This document shows, one piece after another, positions 23,764 through 33,722 of a stretch of DNA of 64,000 nucleotides (position 1 is its first letter; the number at the start of each line of letters is the position of its first letter). This stretch comes from Alphaproteobacteria bacterium (GTDB lineage: Bacteria > Pseudomonadota > Alphaproteobacteria > SHVV01). Under the pieces are notes generated by a model. The model did not search any database. It was not told the origin of the DNA and saw nothing but the letters and a program-made list of their open reading frames with translations. The DNA lies in assembly GCA_965261735.1 (NCBI GenBank), contig OZ253470.1, forward strand, positions 3,136,001 to 3,200,000, given 5' to 3'. The translations under genes were made by a program, and so were the position numbers.

Positions 23764-24546
23764 TCAGAGTGCGATCGTTAAGCCGCCGTCCACGGGGATC
23801 ACGTGGCCGTTGACGTAAGAGGAGGCGGTCGAGGCGAGGAATACGGCGACGCCGCCGAGCTCGTCGGGCTCGGCGAATCGGCGCAGCGGTATGCGCTCGG
23901 CCGCGCGCGCCCGGCGCTCGGCCTCCGCCTTTTCCGAGGCCGGGGTGGTGGTCGGGAAGGGCACCGATGTCGTGAAGTACCCGGGCGCGATGGCGTTGCA
24001 GTTGATGCCGTGGGGCCCGAACGCGACCGCGAGCGCCTTGGTCAGCCCGATCAACCCGGCCTTCGCCGAGACATAGTGCGCGAGCCCCGCCGCCCCGTGA
24101 ACGCCCGCCACCGAAGCCGTATTGACGATACGGCCGCTACCTTGCGCCATCATGGGTTTGGCCGCCTCGCGCGCGAGATGGAAAGGAGCGGTCAGGTCGA
24201 TGTCGATGACCTCGCGCCAGTTCTCGAGCTCGAGCTCGACGGTCGGCGCCATGTTGCCGATGCCGGCATTGTTGAACAGCGCATCGAGCCGCCCGTGCTC
24301 GCGCACGATCGAGGAAATGGCGGCGGCGCGTGCGTCGGCGTCGCCGACGTCGAAGGGCAAACCGGTAACCTGAAGCCCGACGCGCTTCATCGCGGCAACC
24401 TCGTCCGCCAGCACCTCCGCGTCGATATCGTTGAGGATGATGTGGGCACCGGCGCGCCCGAGCGCGTACGCCATCGGCCGACCGAGCCCGCGCGCGGCAC
24501 CGGTGACAAGGGCGACCCGGCCCTCAAGTGAAAACAGCTTGTTCAT
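23764..24546 (-). CDS. SDR oxidoreductase (gluconate 5-dehydrogenase-like)
   Basis: VTGAARGLG, NNAG, YVSAK, NAIAPG, VDGG. Confidence 0.9.
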   Translation of the reverse strand: MNKLFSLEGRVALVTGAARGLGRPMAYALGRAGAHIILNDIDAEVLADEVAAMKRVGLQVTGLPFDVGDADARAAAISSIVREHGRLDALFNNAGIGNMAPTVELELENWREVIDIDLTAPFHLAREAAKPMMAQGSGRIVNTASVAGVHGAAGLAHYVSAKAGLIGLTKALAVAFGPHGINCNAIAPGYFTTSVPFPTTTPASEKAEAERRARAAERIPLRRFAEPDELGGVAVFLASTASSYVNGHVIPVDGGLTIAL

Positions 24547-24740
24547 TCATGAACCAGGACGACAGTCCGGGTAACAGGCTAGATTCCGCACAACCATCTC
24601 GCCAACGAACCGATAGCCTTTGGCACTGAAGTGGCCAATGAACCCTAACGGATATAGGGCCGCTGGGTCAGGGAGCTGTTCCAGGGCCTCGAAAACGGGG
24701 ACGACTTGAATGTCGAGTTCTCGAACCAACCTTGCCCGGA
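24547..24740 (-). pseudogene. low-GC 3' gene fragment (SGNH-hydrolase-like C-terminus)
   Basis: DPAALYPLGFIGHFSAKGYRFVGE; no start; lies just 3' of tRNA-Pro. Confidence 0.4.
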
Positions 24741-24810
24741 TAGGCAAGGATATATCTAGGCCATTCCCGACTAACACATTGAAATATCGCACATAAATAC
24801 ACCGTGGAAG

Positions 24811-24887
24811 TGGTCGGAGTGAGTGGATTCGAACCACCGGCCCCTGCCTCCCGAAGACAGTGCTCTACCAGGCTGAGCTACACTCCG
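24811..24887 (-). tRNA. tRNA-Pro (anticodon CGG)
   Basis: cggagtgtagctcagcctggtagagcactgtcttCGGgaggcaggggccggtggttcgaatccactcactccgacca; 77 nt cloverleaf with CCA. Confidence 0.97.
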
Positions 24888-24949
24888 ACCGGCGCCGAGG
24901 GCGCCGTTATAGCGCCATCAACGGCACGGCGACAAGGTGGTCGCCCCGT

Positions 24950-25969
24950 TCAATGCGCGCGCTCGACGCAAAAGTCGACGACGCCATCGAGCGCCTGCCG
25001 TTCCTCGCTGTCGGGGAAGATGGCGAGGGCATCGCGGGCCATCGAGCTGTAGTGGCGGGCGCGCTCGACGGTATCGCGCAGCGAGCCGTGCTTTTCGAGT
25101 AGCGCAACGGCGGTCGCGAAATCACTCGGCTCGCGCTCGCCCCGTTCCAGAGTGCGGCGCCAGAACACACGCTCCTCCTCGATGCCGCGGCGAAAGGCGA
25201 GGATCACGGGCAGCGTGATCTTACCCTCGCGAAAGTCGTCGCCGACGGCCTTGCCGAGGGTGGCTTGCCGGGCCGAGTAGTCAAGCGCATCGTCAACCAG
25301 CTGATAGGCGATGCCGAGGTTCTTGCCATAGAGTTCGAGCGCCTCCTCTTGGAGGCGTGGCCGCTCGCCGAGAACGGCGCCGATGCGGCAGGCGGCCGCG
25401 AATAGGGCGGCCGTCTTCGCGGCGATGACCTCGAGGTAGGCGTCCTCGCTGGTCGTCGTGTCCTGGGCGGTCGCGAGCTGCAACACCTCGCCCTCGGCGA
25501 TGACCGACGCGGCGTGGCTGAGAATGGCGAGGACCCGCAGCGAGCCGTCCTCGACCATGAGCTGGAACGAACGGCTGAACAGGAAATCACCGACGAGCAC
25601 GCTGGGCTGATTGCCCCACAGCGCGTTGGCCGTGGCATTGCCGCGCCGCAGGTCGCTGTCGTCGACCACGTCGTCGTGGAGGAGCGTCGCCGTGTGAATG
25701 AACTCGACGCACGCCGCCAGGCTGACGTGGCGCCGACCGCCGTAGCCGCACAGTCGTGCCGCCGCGAGCGTCAACATCGGCCGCAACCGCTTGCCGCCGG
25801 CGGCGATGATGTGGCCGGCGACCTCCCGAATGAGCTCGACCCGGCTCTGCATGCGCTCGAGGATGGTGTTGTTGACTTGTGTGAGATCAGCCCCGACCAG
25901 GCGCTGCAGGGGCAGCAGTGAGGTGGTCGTCGGTGGGCGCTCGCCCTCCACAGGTATAACGCTGGCCAA
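24950..25969 (-). CDS. ispB: long-chain polyprenyl diphosphate synthase
   Basis: GGKRLRP, HTATLLHDDVVD, VGDFLFSRSFQ, QLVDDALD, GDDFREGK. Confidence 0.92.
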   Translation of the reverse strand: MASVIPVEGERPPTTTSLLPLQRLVGADLTQVNNTILERMQSRVELIREVAGHIIAAGGKRLRPMLTLAAARLCGYGGRRHVSLAACVEFIHTATLLHDDVVDDSDLRRGNATANALWGNQPSVLVGDFLFSRSFQLMVEDGSLRVLAILSHAASVIAEGEVLQLATAQDTTTSEDAYLEVIAAKTAALFAAACRIGAVLGERPRLQEEALELYGKNLGIAYQLVDDALDYSARQATLGKAVGDDFREGKITLPVILAFRRGIEEERVFWRRTLERGEREPSDFATAVALLEKHGSLRDTVERARHYSSMARDALAIFPDSEERQALDGVVDFCVERAH

Positions 25970-26080
25970 GTGCCGTCCCTTCTTGACGTCGGTCGAACCG
26001 CGCGCGAGCATAGAAGTCACTTCATCGGCTGGTCAAGCTTGCGGCGGGACCCGGCTGTACCACGGTGGGCCGTCACGGCC

Positions 26081-26293
26081 ATGGTAGAACTGCTGAGAAC
26101 CAACGATCCGGTACTGCTCTCGTGGCTCGTCGCGCTGCTCGCCGATTCGCGGATTGAGGCCGTGGTTTTCGACAGCCATACCAGCGTCGTCGAAGGCAGC
26201 ATCTCGGCCATACCGCGCCGCCTTATGGTCATCAACGAGGACGAGGCGCGAGCGCGCCGCCTATTGGTGGATGCCGAGGTCCTACAGGCGTGA
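26081..26293 (+). CDS. DUF2007 protein
   Basis: MVELLRTNDPV..SVVEGSISAIPRRLMV. Confidence 0.85.
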   Translation: MVELLRTNDPVLLSWLVALLADSRIEAVVFDSHTSVVEGSISAIPRRLMVINEDEARARRLLVDAEVLQA

Positions 26294-27042
26294 GCGCGGG
26301 CGCGGGCGTGGCCCCGATGACCGAAGACCATTTGCTCGGAGGCCGCGTTGCGCTGCACCAACCGGCGGTCGGGGAGCGCGTCGCCATCGACCCGGTGTTG
26401 CTCGCGGCGGCGGTGCCCGCGCGCGCCGGCGACACGGCGCTCGATGCCGGTTGCGGCTCGGGCGCGGCCGCGTTGTGTCTCGCCCACCGTGTGGCGGGTG
26501 TCCGCGTGGTCGGCCTCGATCAGGCGCGCGAGGCGATCGCGCTCGCCACCGCCAACGCAGCACGCAACGGCCTCGGCGAGAGCGTGACGTTAACGGCCGG
26601 CGACATCCTAGCGCCGCCCCGCGATCTCGCCGCCTCCTTCGACCACGTCATGGCCAATCCGCCGCACCTCGAGGCCGAGCGCGCCGCTCCCTCGCCGGAG
26701 GCCCGCAGGCGCGCCGCGCGCATCGAAGGACCTGCCCGACTCCGCCATTGGATCGAATTCTGCGTGGCACGGGTGCGCCGCGGCGGCACCCTCACGCTCA
26801 TCCATCGCGCCGACCGGCTAGCCGATCTCCTGGGGTGCCTCGGCGGCGTCGCCGGCGGCATCGTCGTGTATCCGCTGTGGCCGGGCGGCGCCAAGCCGGC
26901 CAAGCGCGTCATCGTTCGTGCCGAGGCGGGTAGCGCCCGGCCGCTGCGACTGACGCCAGGCATGGTGCTTCATACCGCCGATGGCGCCTATACGCGCGCA
27001 GCCGAGGCGGTGCTGCGCCACGGCGCCGGGCTCGAGCTGTAG
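26290..27042 (+). CDS. tRNA1(Val) m6A37 methyltransferase-like (YfiC/TrmN6)
   Basis: IDPVLLAA, LDAGCGSGAA, HVMANPP, AKRVIV. Confidence 0.85.
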   Translation: MSAGAGVAPMTEDHLLGGRVALHQPAVGERVAIDPVLLAAAVPARAGDTALDAGCGSGAAALCLAHRVAGVRVVGLDQAREAIALATANAARNGLGESVTLTAGDILAPPRDLAASFDHVMANPPHLEAERAAPSPEARRRAARIEGPARLRHWIEFCVARVRRGGTLTLIHRADRLADLLGCLGGVAGGIVVYPLWPGGAKPAKRVIVRAEAGSARPLRLTPGMVLHTADGAYTRAAEAVLRHGAGLEL

Positions 27043-27093
27043 CCGGCACGCCGGCGATTGCACGACCGGGGTCGCAACCCTATGTTTAGCTCC

Positions 27094-27966
27094 ATGGCAA
27101 ACTCATCCTGGGCCGAGCGCGCTCCGATGACCTGGTTCCGCGGCCGCCGGCACCCTCCGACGGTTGCGGTGCTGCGTCTGAGCGGCGTGATTGGCGCGCC
27201 GGTGCGCTTTCGCGGCGGCCTCAGCCTACAGAGCCTGGCGTCCCGCATCGAGCGTGCCTTCCGCATGCGCGGCCTCGAGGCGGTGGCGCTCGCGATCAAC
27301 TCTCCCGGAGGCTCGCCGGTTCAATCCGCACTGATCCATCAGCGCATCCGCGCGCTCGCCGAGGAGAACAGCCGGCCGGTCTTCGCCTTTGCCGAGGACG
27401 TCGCGGCGTCTGGGGGCTATTGGCTTGCCTGCGCAGGCGATGAGATCTACGCCAACGAGAACTCGCTGGTGGGCAGCATCGGCGTCATCTCCTCGGGTTT
27501 CGGCTTCGTCGATCTGTTGAACAAGCTGGGCGTCGATCGGCGGCTCCATACCGAGGGCGACAAGAAGGCGCTGCTCGATCCGTTCGCGCCGGAGAAACCG
27601 GCCGACGTGAAGCGCCTCAAGGCGATCCAGAAGGACGTGCACGAAAGCTTCAAGGCGCTCGTGCGAAACCGCCGCGAGGGCCGCCTCAAGGGCACGGAGC
27701 GGGCGCTCTTCTCGGGCGAGTTCTGGACCGGCGCGCGGGCGCTCGAACTCGGCCTCATCGACGGCATCGGGGACATGCGCTCGGTCATGCGCGAGCGTTT
27801 CGGCGAGCGTGTCCGGCTGCGCCTGATAGGCGGTCGGCGGTCGCTATTGGGCCGCATCCGCTTCACGCCCTCGACGAGCGATGCGCCTCTGATCGCGGGT
27901 CCCTGGGTGCACGACCTCGTCGGCGCCTTGGAGGAACGCATGCTGTGGTCGCGCTACGGCTTGTGA
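27094..27966 (+). CDS. S49 family peptidase
   Basis: INSPGGSPVQS, EDVAASGGYWLAC, VGSIGV, LFSGEFWTG. Confidence 0.92.
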   Translation: MANSSWAERAPMTWFRGRRHPPTVAVLRLSGVIGAPVRFRGGLSLQSLASRIERAFRMRGLEAVALAINSPGGSPVQSALIHQRIRALAEENSRPVFAFAEDVAASGGYWLACAGDEIYANENSLVGSIGVISSGFGFVDLLNKLGVDRRLHTEGDKKALLDPFAPEKPADVKRLKAIQKDVHESFKALVRNRREGRLKGTERALFSGEFWTGARALELGLIDGIGDMRSVMRERFGERVRLRLIGGRRSLLGRIRFTPSTSDAPLIAGPWVHDLVGALEERMLWSRYGL

Positions 27967-28011
27967 GGCGCCCGCAGTTCGGACCCCGAGCGGGCCGCGC
28001 GGACGCGGCTG

Positions 28012-28238
28012 ATGGCTTCGCCGCAAATTCAGATATACATCGCCACAAGCCTCGATAGCTTTATTGCGACCGCTGACGGCGGTGTGGATTGGCTCGAGCC
28101 TTTTCAGGCAGAGGACCTCGGTTACTCGGCTTTTGTCGCGACGATTGGCACGATCGTTATGGGCCGGACAACCTACGAACAGATCCGCGGCTTTGGGTCC
28201 TGGCCCTACGCCGGAAAGCGCACCGTCATTCTTTCTTC
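28012..28238 (+). pseudogene. N-terminal part of DHFR/RibD-C family gene
   Basis: YIATSLDSFIA..GGVDWL..VMGRTTYEQ..WPY..TVILSS, cut by IS1595. Confidence 0.9.
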
Positions 28239-28859
28239 CTTGCCTATCCGGTTTACACCCACACCCACTAGGGCTAGAATGGGCGCAACCCGGATATAGG
28301 GGAGCGCGCCATGGATGTTCTCGACCGCGCCGATCTCCCATTCCCGCATTCGCTACCCGAGTTCCAGCGACTTTTCCCCGATGATGCGGCCTGCGCCGCC
28401 TACCTGGAGAAAGCCCGCTGGGGAGACGGCTTTGCCTGCCCGCACTGCGGCACGGCGGGAGAGCCGTTCCACTTTGAAAACCGCCCTGGCGTCCTGCGCT
28501 GCCGCAAGTGCCGCCAGAACACCGGGCTGACGGTGGGAACAGTGATGGAGCGTAGCCACACTCCGCTGAACGTCTGGTTCTGGGCCGCTTATCTGGTCGC
28601 CAGTCAGACGCCCGGCATGTCCGCCGTGCAGTTTCAGCGGCAACTTGGTCTTTCGCGCTACGAGACGGCCTTTCAAATTCTCCACAAGCTCCGCTCGGGC
28701 ATGGTGTGGCCCAACCAAGACAGGATCGGTGGACAGCCCAAGAACCATGTTGAGGTGGACGAAACCTGGGTTGGCGGGCGAACGCGTGGGGAAGGCCTGA
28801 GGTGGCCTCGGTTTGTCGGACAGCTTGGCGGCTTGATTAAGGTGTATTCCAGTTGTCGT

Positions 28860-29795
28860 TCATGCCGCCAGAATCCCTTTGCATCGATCTCCTTGCCGTT
28901 GTTGTTGCGCCTGTGGGGATGTGGGCAAGGCGCGTAGCGGCTTGTCCATCATATCCACAGGCGGGGCGCCGCGGTAGGCCTCGGCCGGCGTTTCCCCCCC
29001 GAGCGCCGAGTGCGGCCTCTCGGTGTTGTAGAAGTCGATCCACTCGCCGATGACGCGCCGGGCCTCGAAGCCGTCGGCGAGCTCGCGCAGATAGACGGCC
29101 TCGTATTTGAGCGAGCGCCACAGCCGCTCAATGAAGATGTTGTCCAGGCACCGGCCCCTGCCGTCCATCGAGATCCGGATGCCGGTCTCCCGCAAGCGCC
29201 CGGTGAAGGCGAAGCCGGTGAACTGGCTGCCCTGGTCGGTATTGAAGATCTCCGGCGTGCCATGGCGGGCCAGCGCCTCGTCGAGCGCGTCTGTGCAGAA
29301 GCCCGCATCCAGGGTGTTCGACAGACGCCAAGCCAGCACATGCCGGTTGGCCCAGTCCATGATCGCCACCAGGTAAAGAAAGCCGCGCCGCACCGGGATG
29401 TAGGTGATGTCGGCGCACCAGACATGGTTCGCCCGCTCGATCGTCAAGCCTCTGAGCAGATAGGGGTAGACCCGGTGCTCGGGATGCGGATCGCTGGTGC
29501 GCGGCGCCCGATAGATCGCCTGAAGCCCCATCAGGCGCATCAGACGACCGGCCCGGCGACGACCGACGCGCACGCCCTCGCGGCGTAGATGACGGACCAT
29601 CTGACGGGCGCCGTAGAACGGATACTTCAGGAACAACTCATCAATGCGCCGCATCAGCGCCAGGGTCTCCGGGCTCTCGCCCTTGGGCGTGTAATAGAGC
29701 GAGGAGCGTCCGATCGACAGCAAACGGCATTGACGGCTCAAGCTCAGCGCCGGGTGAGCGCGTATCACCATCGTTCGCCTCTCGGCCCGGCTCAT
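28860..29795 (-). CDS. IS3 OrfB (DDE integrase core)
   Basis: WCADITY, FNTDQGSQF, DNIFIERLWRSLKYE, YNTERPHSAL. Confidence 0.93.
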   Translation of the reverse strand: MSRAERRTMVIRAHPALSLSRQCRLLSIGRSSLYYTPKGESPETLALMRRIDELFLKYPFYGARQMVRHLRREGVRVGRRRAGRLMRLMGLQAIYRAPRTSDPHPEHRVYPYLLRGLTIERANHVWCADITYIPVRRGFLYLVAIMDWANRHVLAWRLSNTLDAGFCTDALDEALARHGTPEIFNTDQGSQFTGFAFTGRLRETGIRISMDGRGRCLDNIFIERLWRSLKYEAVYLRELADGFEARRVIGEWIDFYNTERPHSALGGETPAEAYRGAPPVDMMDKPLRALPTSPQAQQQRQGDRCKGILAA

Positions 29796-30073
29796 CGACC
29801 GGACCCTCGAGACAAAAAATCCCGCTCCACCGTCAACTCGCCGATCTTCGCGTGAAGATCACGGATCTCGCTCTCATGGTCCCGACGGCGGCGCTCGCCC
29901 CCGTTCGAAAACACTTCGCCAAGACCATCGATCGCCTGCCGCTTCCATGTGCTCACTTGGTTCGGATGAACCTGGTGCTGCGAGGCGATCTCCTGAAGCG
30001 TCCGGTCGCCACGAAGCGCCTCAAGCGCGATCTTCGCCTTCAGCTCCCCGGAAAACCTGCGTCTCTTACTCAT
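29792..30073 (-). CDS. IS3 OrfA (HTH)
   Basis: RRRFSGELKAKIALEA..VHPNQVSTWK; ATGA overlap with orfB and a T6 run just upstream of it. Confidence 0.92.
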   Translation of the reverse strand: MSKRRRFSGELKAKIALEALRGDRTLQEIASQHQVHPNQVSTWKRQAIDGLGEVFSNGGERRRRDHESEIRDLHAKIGELTVERDFLSRGSGR

Positions 30074-30688
30074 CGCGTATCCCTCCTCAGTCGGCGGAAT
30101 ACACCTTAAAAACCTGTCCGATTTTCCGGGGCCACCTCAGCCGTGGTGTTCACCACAAGGTTCCCGTCTCCTGTGCCATCGAGGTGCGTCATCGAAAGCC
30201 GGGCACCAAGCTCGACAACCGGAAAGACGGACGCTATGCCGGACGCGTTCGGCTCGCCGTCGTGCTCGACCGTAGCGCCGAGTCGCTCTGTGGGTTCGTC
30301 GAGAGCACCGTCGCGCCGCGATCGCTGATCGTTACTGACGATTGGAGCGGCTATGCTGGCCTCGGGAAGCGCGGCTATGAGCACTTCGCTGTTGCCGAGT
30401 GTGGTGATCCAGAGGTTGCCGAGCAATACCTGCCGATCATCCATCTGGTTTTCGCCAACCTGAAGACGTGGCTGATCGGTATCCACCACGGCGTTAGCCA
30501 CCAGCACCTACAAGCCTACCTCAACGAGTTCACCTTCCGCTTCAACAGGCGGTTCTACCCGTTCAACGCCTTCCGCTCATTGCTCGGCATCGCGGGCGAC
30601 ACCTCTGCTCCAACCTATGCCGAGCTTTACTCGGGAGAGTGGCGGCACCCTACATGTAGCGGTCATGGGTGTTAACCGGATAGGCAAG

Positions 30689-30707
30689 GAATGATCTTAA
30701 TAGCCAT
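30689..30707 (-). pseudogene. displaced 5' end (MAIKII) of the USP gene
   Basis: Minus strand gaggaggagtgggctgc ATG GCT ATT AAG ATC ATT C; joins in frame to TG GTG CCG CTC at 14334. Confidence 0.85.
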
Positions 30708-30812
30708 GCAGCCCACTCCTCCTCGTGACCAGCCGCGGAGATGCGAATTGGAGATCAGACTATTCGATCCTTTTTCGGAACGCCATGACGCCCGAGGCGC
30801 CTCCTCAATGCC

Positions 30813-31286
30813 CTACCGGGGCGCGGCGAGGGCCGCCCGCGCGGCTCGAACCACCTCGCCGGGCGTTGCCGCCGCGTCCACGCGGGACCAAGCGATCGTG
30901 CCGAGTTGATAGCCGAGCTGCGCGCGCAACACCGCGGCGGAGGCGTCCGAAGCGTCGCCCCGGCGGCCGACGATGCGGCCGGTGAGGACCGCCGCCGGCG
31001 CTTCGAGCCATAGCCCGGTGAACGCACATCCCGCTTCGGCCGCGATTCGCTCCAGTGCGCGCCGCTCCGACTCGCGTGCGTGAACCGCGTCAACGACAAC
31101 GCTGTGCCCGGCGGCGAGCAGTACGGCCGCACGCTCGCGCACGGCCTCGTAAACTCTGTTGTCGACGTCGGACACGTACGCGTCCGGCCCGAGCTGCACC
31201 TCGGGCGCCACGTTCATCAGCTCCTTGCGCACCAGGTCGCTGCGCAGGACGATGGCCCCGGGCGCGGGACCAAACCCTGCCGCGAG
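30813..31286 (-). pseudogene. C-terminal AAA/kinase part of bifunctional phosphotransferase-ATP-binding protein
   Basis: GPAPGAIVLRSDLVRK, GHSVVVDA, RRGDASDA; Walker A missing. Confidence 0.8.
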
Positions 31287-31319
31287 GGGGAGACGGCGCG
31301 CGCGAGGCTCGGCCCACAT

Positions 31320-31530
31320 CTCTAAAGGGTGCCAATCTTCGCGCCGCCGGTATCGCCGGCGCAGATTTCCAGGGCGCCGACCTGAGCGGTGCGACGCTCG
31401 CCTCGGCCGACGTGGGCTCCGCCGAGTTCCTTGCCCCCAGTGGCCAGGGAACGGGCCAGTAGCGGGCCACGAGTTTCGCCGGCGCCAATCTGCGCGGCGC
31501 CGACCTCTCCGACGTCGATCTTGATCTTGC
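31320..31530 (+). pseudogene. pentapeptide-repeat protein fragment with in-frame stop
   Basis: LKGANLRAAGIAGADFQGADLSGATLASAD..*RATSFAGANLRGADLSDVDL. Confidence 0.7.
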
Positions 31531-31646
31531 GACGACAACCGGCGCCGACACTACCGGCGCCGTCATGCCAAAGGTGGAGTCCAAGGCCTCCGAACCGAAA
31601 CCGTCCGCCGAGCCCCGGCGGGGCGGTCGCCGCCCGGGGGGGCCGC

Positions 31647-32474
31647 CTATCGGGTGAGGAAGTCGATCACCGTCTTGTTGAACTTCTCCGGATGCTCCGT
31701 GTTCGGCATGTGGCCGCATTTGTCGAAGATAACGAGCTCGCCGTTCTGCAGGCGCTTGACCCCGGCATGGAAGTCCTCGATCGGCGAGCGGGCGTCGTTG
31801 GCCCCGGCGATTATGAGCGTCGGCACTGTGATCTGCTCGATCCGGTCGCTGCAGCGGTAGGGGAGCGTGAGCTCGGCATCCATGTTCGCCTTGGCGATCT
31901 CCTCGTAAGCCGGAAGGATGTAGGGCTGGGCGTAGCTGGTGAGCTGAGCCAGCATCATCTCCTCGGGCACGCCGCTGGCGTCGTAGCAGACGTTGGCGAG
32001 GCGGTTGCGGCACGTCTCCAGAGTCGGGTCGCGTAGCGCCGAGGTCGCGTTCTTGTACGAATTGCCAAAGCCCTCGGTGGAACGCTCGGGCGGTAGGAAC
32101 ATGCGGCGCGCGGCGTTGATGACCATCTTGTCGACCTTGTCGGGACGGTCGAAGTAAACGAGCGCGGCGATGGTGCCGCCGTGCGAGTGGCCGCACACGT
32201 GGAAGCGGTCGACACCGAGCTGGTCGATGAGCTTGACGATGTGCTCGGTCATCTTGGGATGAGGCGCGCCGCCGTCGAGGCCGGCAAAGCCGGTGAAGCC
32301 GTGGCCGATCATGTCGGGCGCGTAGACCGTGAAGTGCTCGGCCAACGCGTCGATGTTGCGGGTCCAGCTGTCGGCCGAGATGCCCAGCCCATGGATGAGA
32401 ACGAGCGTCGGCCCCGAGCCTTCGTAGAAGTAGCGGGTGCGGATGCCGTCGACGTCGGTAAAGGCCACGCGCAT
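31647..32474 (-). CDS. alpha/beta hydrolase (meta-cleavage product hydrolase-like)
   Basis: LIHGLG, PDMIGHG, GHSHGG, GAND, CGHMPNTEHPEKFN. Confidence 0.88.
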   Translation of the reverse strand: MRVAFTDVDGIRTRYFYEGSGPTLVLIHGLGISADSWTRNIDALAEHFTVYAPDMIGHGFTGFAGLDGGAPHPKMTEHIVKLIDQLGVDRFHVCGHSHGGTIAALVYFDRPDKVDKMVINAARRMFLPPERSTEGFGNSYKNATSALRDPTLETCRNRLANVCYDASGVPEEMMLAQLTSYAQPYILPAYEEIAKANMDAELTLPYRCSDRIEQITVPTLIIAGANDARSPIEDFHAGVKRLQNGELVIFDKCGHMPNTEHPEKFNKTVIDFLTR

Positions 32475-32500
32475 GGCGGGTCCCCTTGTTGAGGAGTTGG

Positions 32501-33592
32501 CTAGAGGCTGTAGAGTTCGGCCGCGTTGGTGGCGACAATGCGGGCCTGGTCGGCCTCCGGCATGCCCTCGAAGATTTGCGCCACCGCGCTATGCGCATTG
32601 AGGCCGATGGAGCGTACGTGGGGGTAGTCCGAACCCCAGAGGATCCGGCTCACGCCGACGTGCGGAATGGTCTCGCGCGCGAGTGGATCGTCAATAATTC
32701 CCTGCCAGATGCGGGTGCGCAGGTAGTCGCTGGCCTTGAGGTCGAGCTGCGGCAGCGGCATGCGCTCGGCGAAAGCCGTCTGCATCTGGTCGAGGCGCCA
32801 CATGAAGTGCGGAATCCATGACAGCTCGAACTCGCTGCACACGATCTTGAGGCGCGGGAACCGGTCGAGGATCTTGCCGAAGATGAACTCGTTGGCGAGC
32901 ACGTCGGCGATCTCGAAGAACGCGAACAGCATGGTGCGAGGTGATTCCTCGTGCTCCTCGGCGGTGTGGAAGCCGAAGGGCGAGGGCGTGCGGCCGGCCA
33001 GCGAGTGCAGCGTAAGCGGGATATCAAGCTCCTCGGCGCGCGCCCAGAACGGGTCGTAGACCGAGTCGCGGTAAGGCGGGCAGCCCTCGGGTGCAAGGGT
33101 GTTGATGATGGCCCCGCGGAACCCCATCTTGCTGATCCGCTCGAGCTCGCCTATCGCCCAGTCGACGTCATCCATCGGTACCATGCCGATACCGACGAGC
33201 CGCTTCGGATCGTAGGACGCGAACTCGCCGAGCCAATCGTTGAAGACTCCGGCGGCCGCGCGCAACACCTCACCGGGGTGGGAGCGGAACAGGATCAGGC
33301 CCAGCGTGGGGTAGAGGAGCTCCGACTCGACATCGGCCTCCTCCTGGAAGCGCACGCGGCGATCGGGCATGAAGCCCGCTTCGCGCGATCCCGGGCCGGC
33401 CTCGGCTTCGGGGTCGCCAAGCCGTAAGACCTCGCGACCGGAAAAGAAGAAATGGCCGTCCCGGCCGCGGTAAGAATCGAGGCCGCGGGGCGTTTGATCG
33501 CCGAATCTGTCGCCCAACGCCCGAGCCCAGAGGTCTAACGGTTCGTTGACGTGCGAATCGGCTGAGATCACCCTGTCAAACGCACTGGTCAT
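32501..33592 (-). CDS. amidohydrolase 2 family protein
   Basis: ISADSHVNEP, YDPFWA, LWGSDYPH, NAAELY. Confidence 0.88.
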   Translation of the reverse strand: MTSAFDRVISADSHVNEPLDLWARALGDRFGDQTPRGLDSYRGRDGHFFFSGREVLRLGDPEAEAGPGSREAGFMPDRRVRFQEEADVESELLYPTLGLILFRSHPGEVLRAAAGVFNDWLGEFASYDPKRLVGIGMVPMDDVDWAIGELERISKMGFRGAIINTLAPEGCPPYRDSVYDPFWARAEELDIPLTLHSLAGRTPSPFGFHTAEEHEESPRTMLFAFFEIADVLANEFIFGKILDRFPRLKIVCSEFELSWIPHFMWRLDQMQTAFAERMPLPQLDLKASDYLRTRIWQGIIDDPLARETIPHVGVSRILWGSDYPHVRSIGLNAHSAVAQIFEGMPEADQARIVATNAAELYSL

Positions 33593-33722
33593 GGCCCCTC
33601 ATTGCGTGGTGCGCGGATGCGCGGGTCAATGGATAGGCGGATCGCGCGCTTCGCGACGCGCGCGCCGGAGTGAACTAGCCACCCCGGCGCGCGCTTCGCG
33701 AAGGCACGTTTCGGACCGCCGG

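Larger units (their letters stand above)
28798..30139 (-). mobile_element. IS3 family element nested in IS1595
   Basis: TG..CA ends (tgaggtggcc / ggccacctca); 3 bp target duplication GCC. Confidence 0.95.
28239..30688 (+). mobile_element. IS1595 copy 2, interrupted by an IS3-family element
   Basis: Same IRs and transposase as copy 1, split at 28797/30140; flanks ctttcttc / gaatgatc. Confidence 0.95.

Noticed and set aside
31460-31462. In-frame TAG in the pentapeptide fragment as recoding
   Set aside because: The fragment lacks a start and end, so simple decay is the simpler explanation
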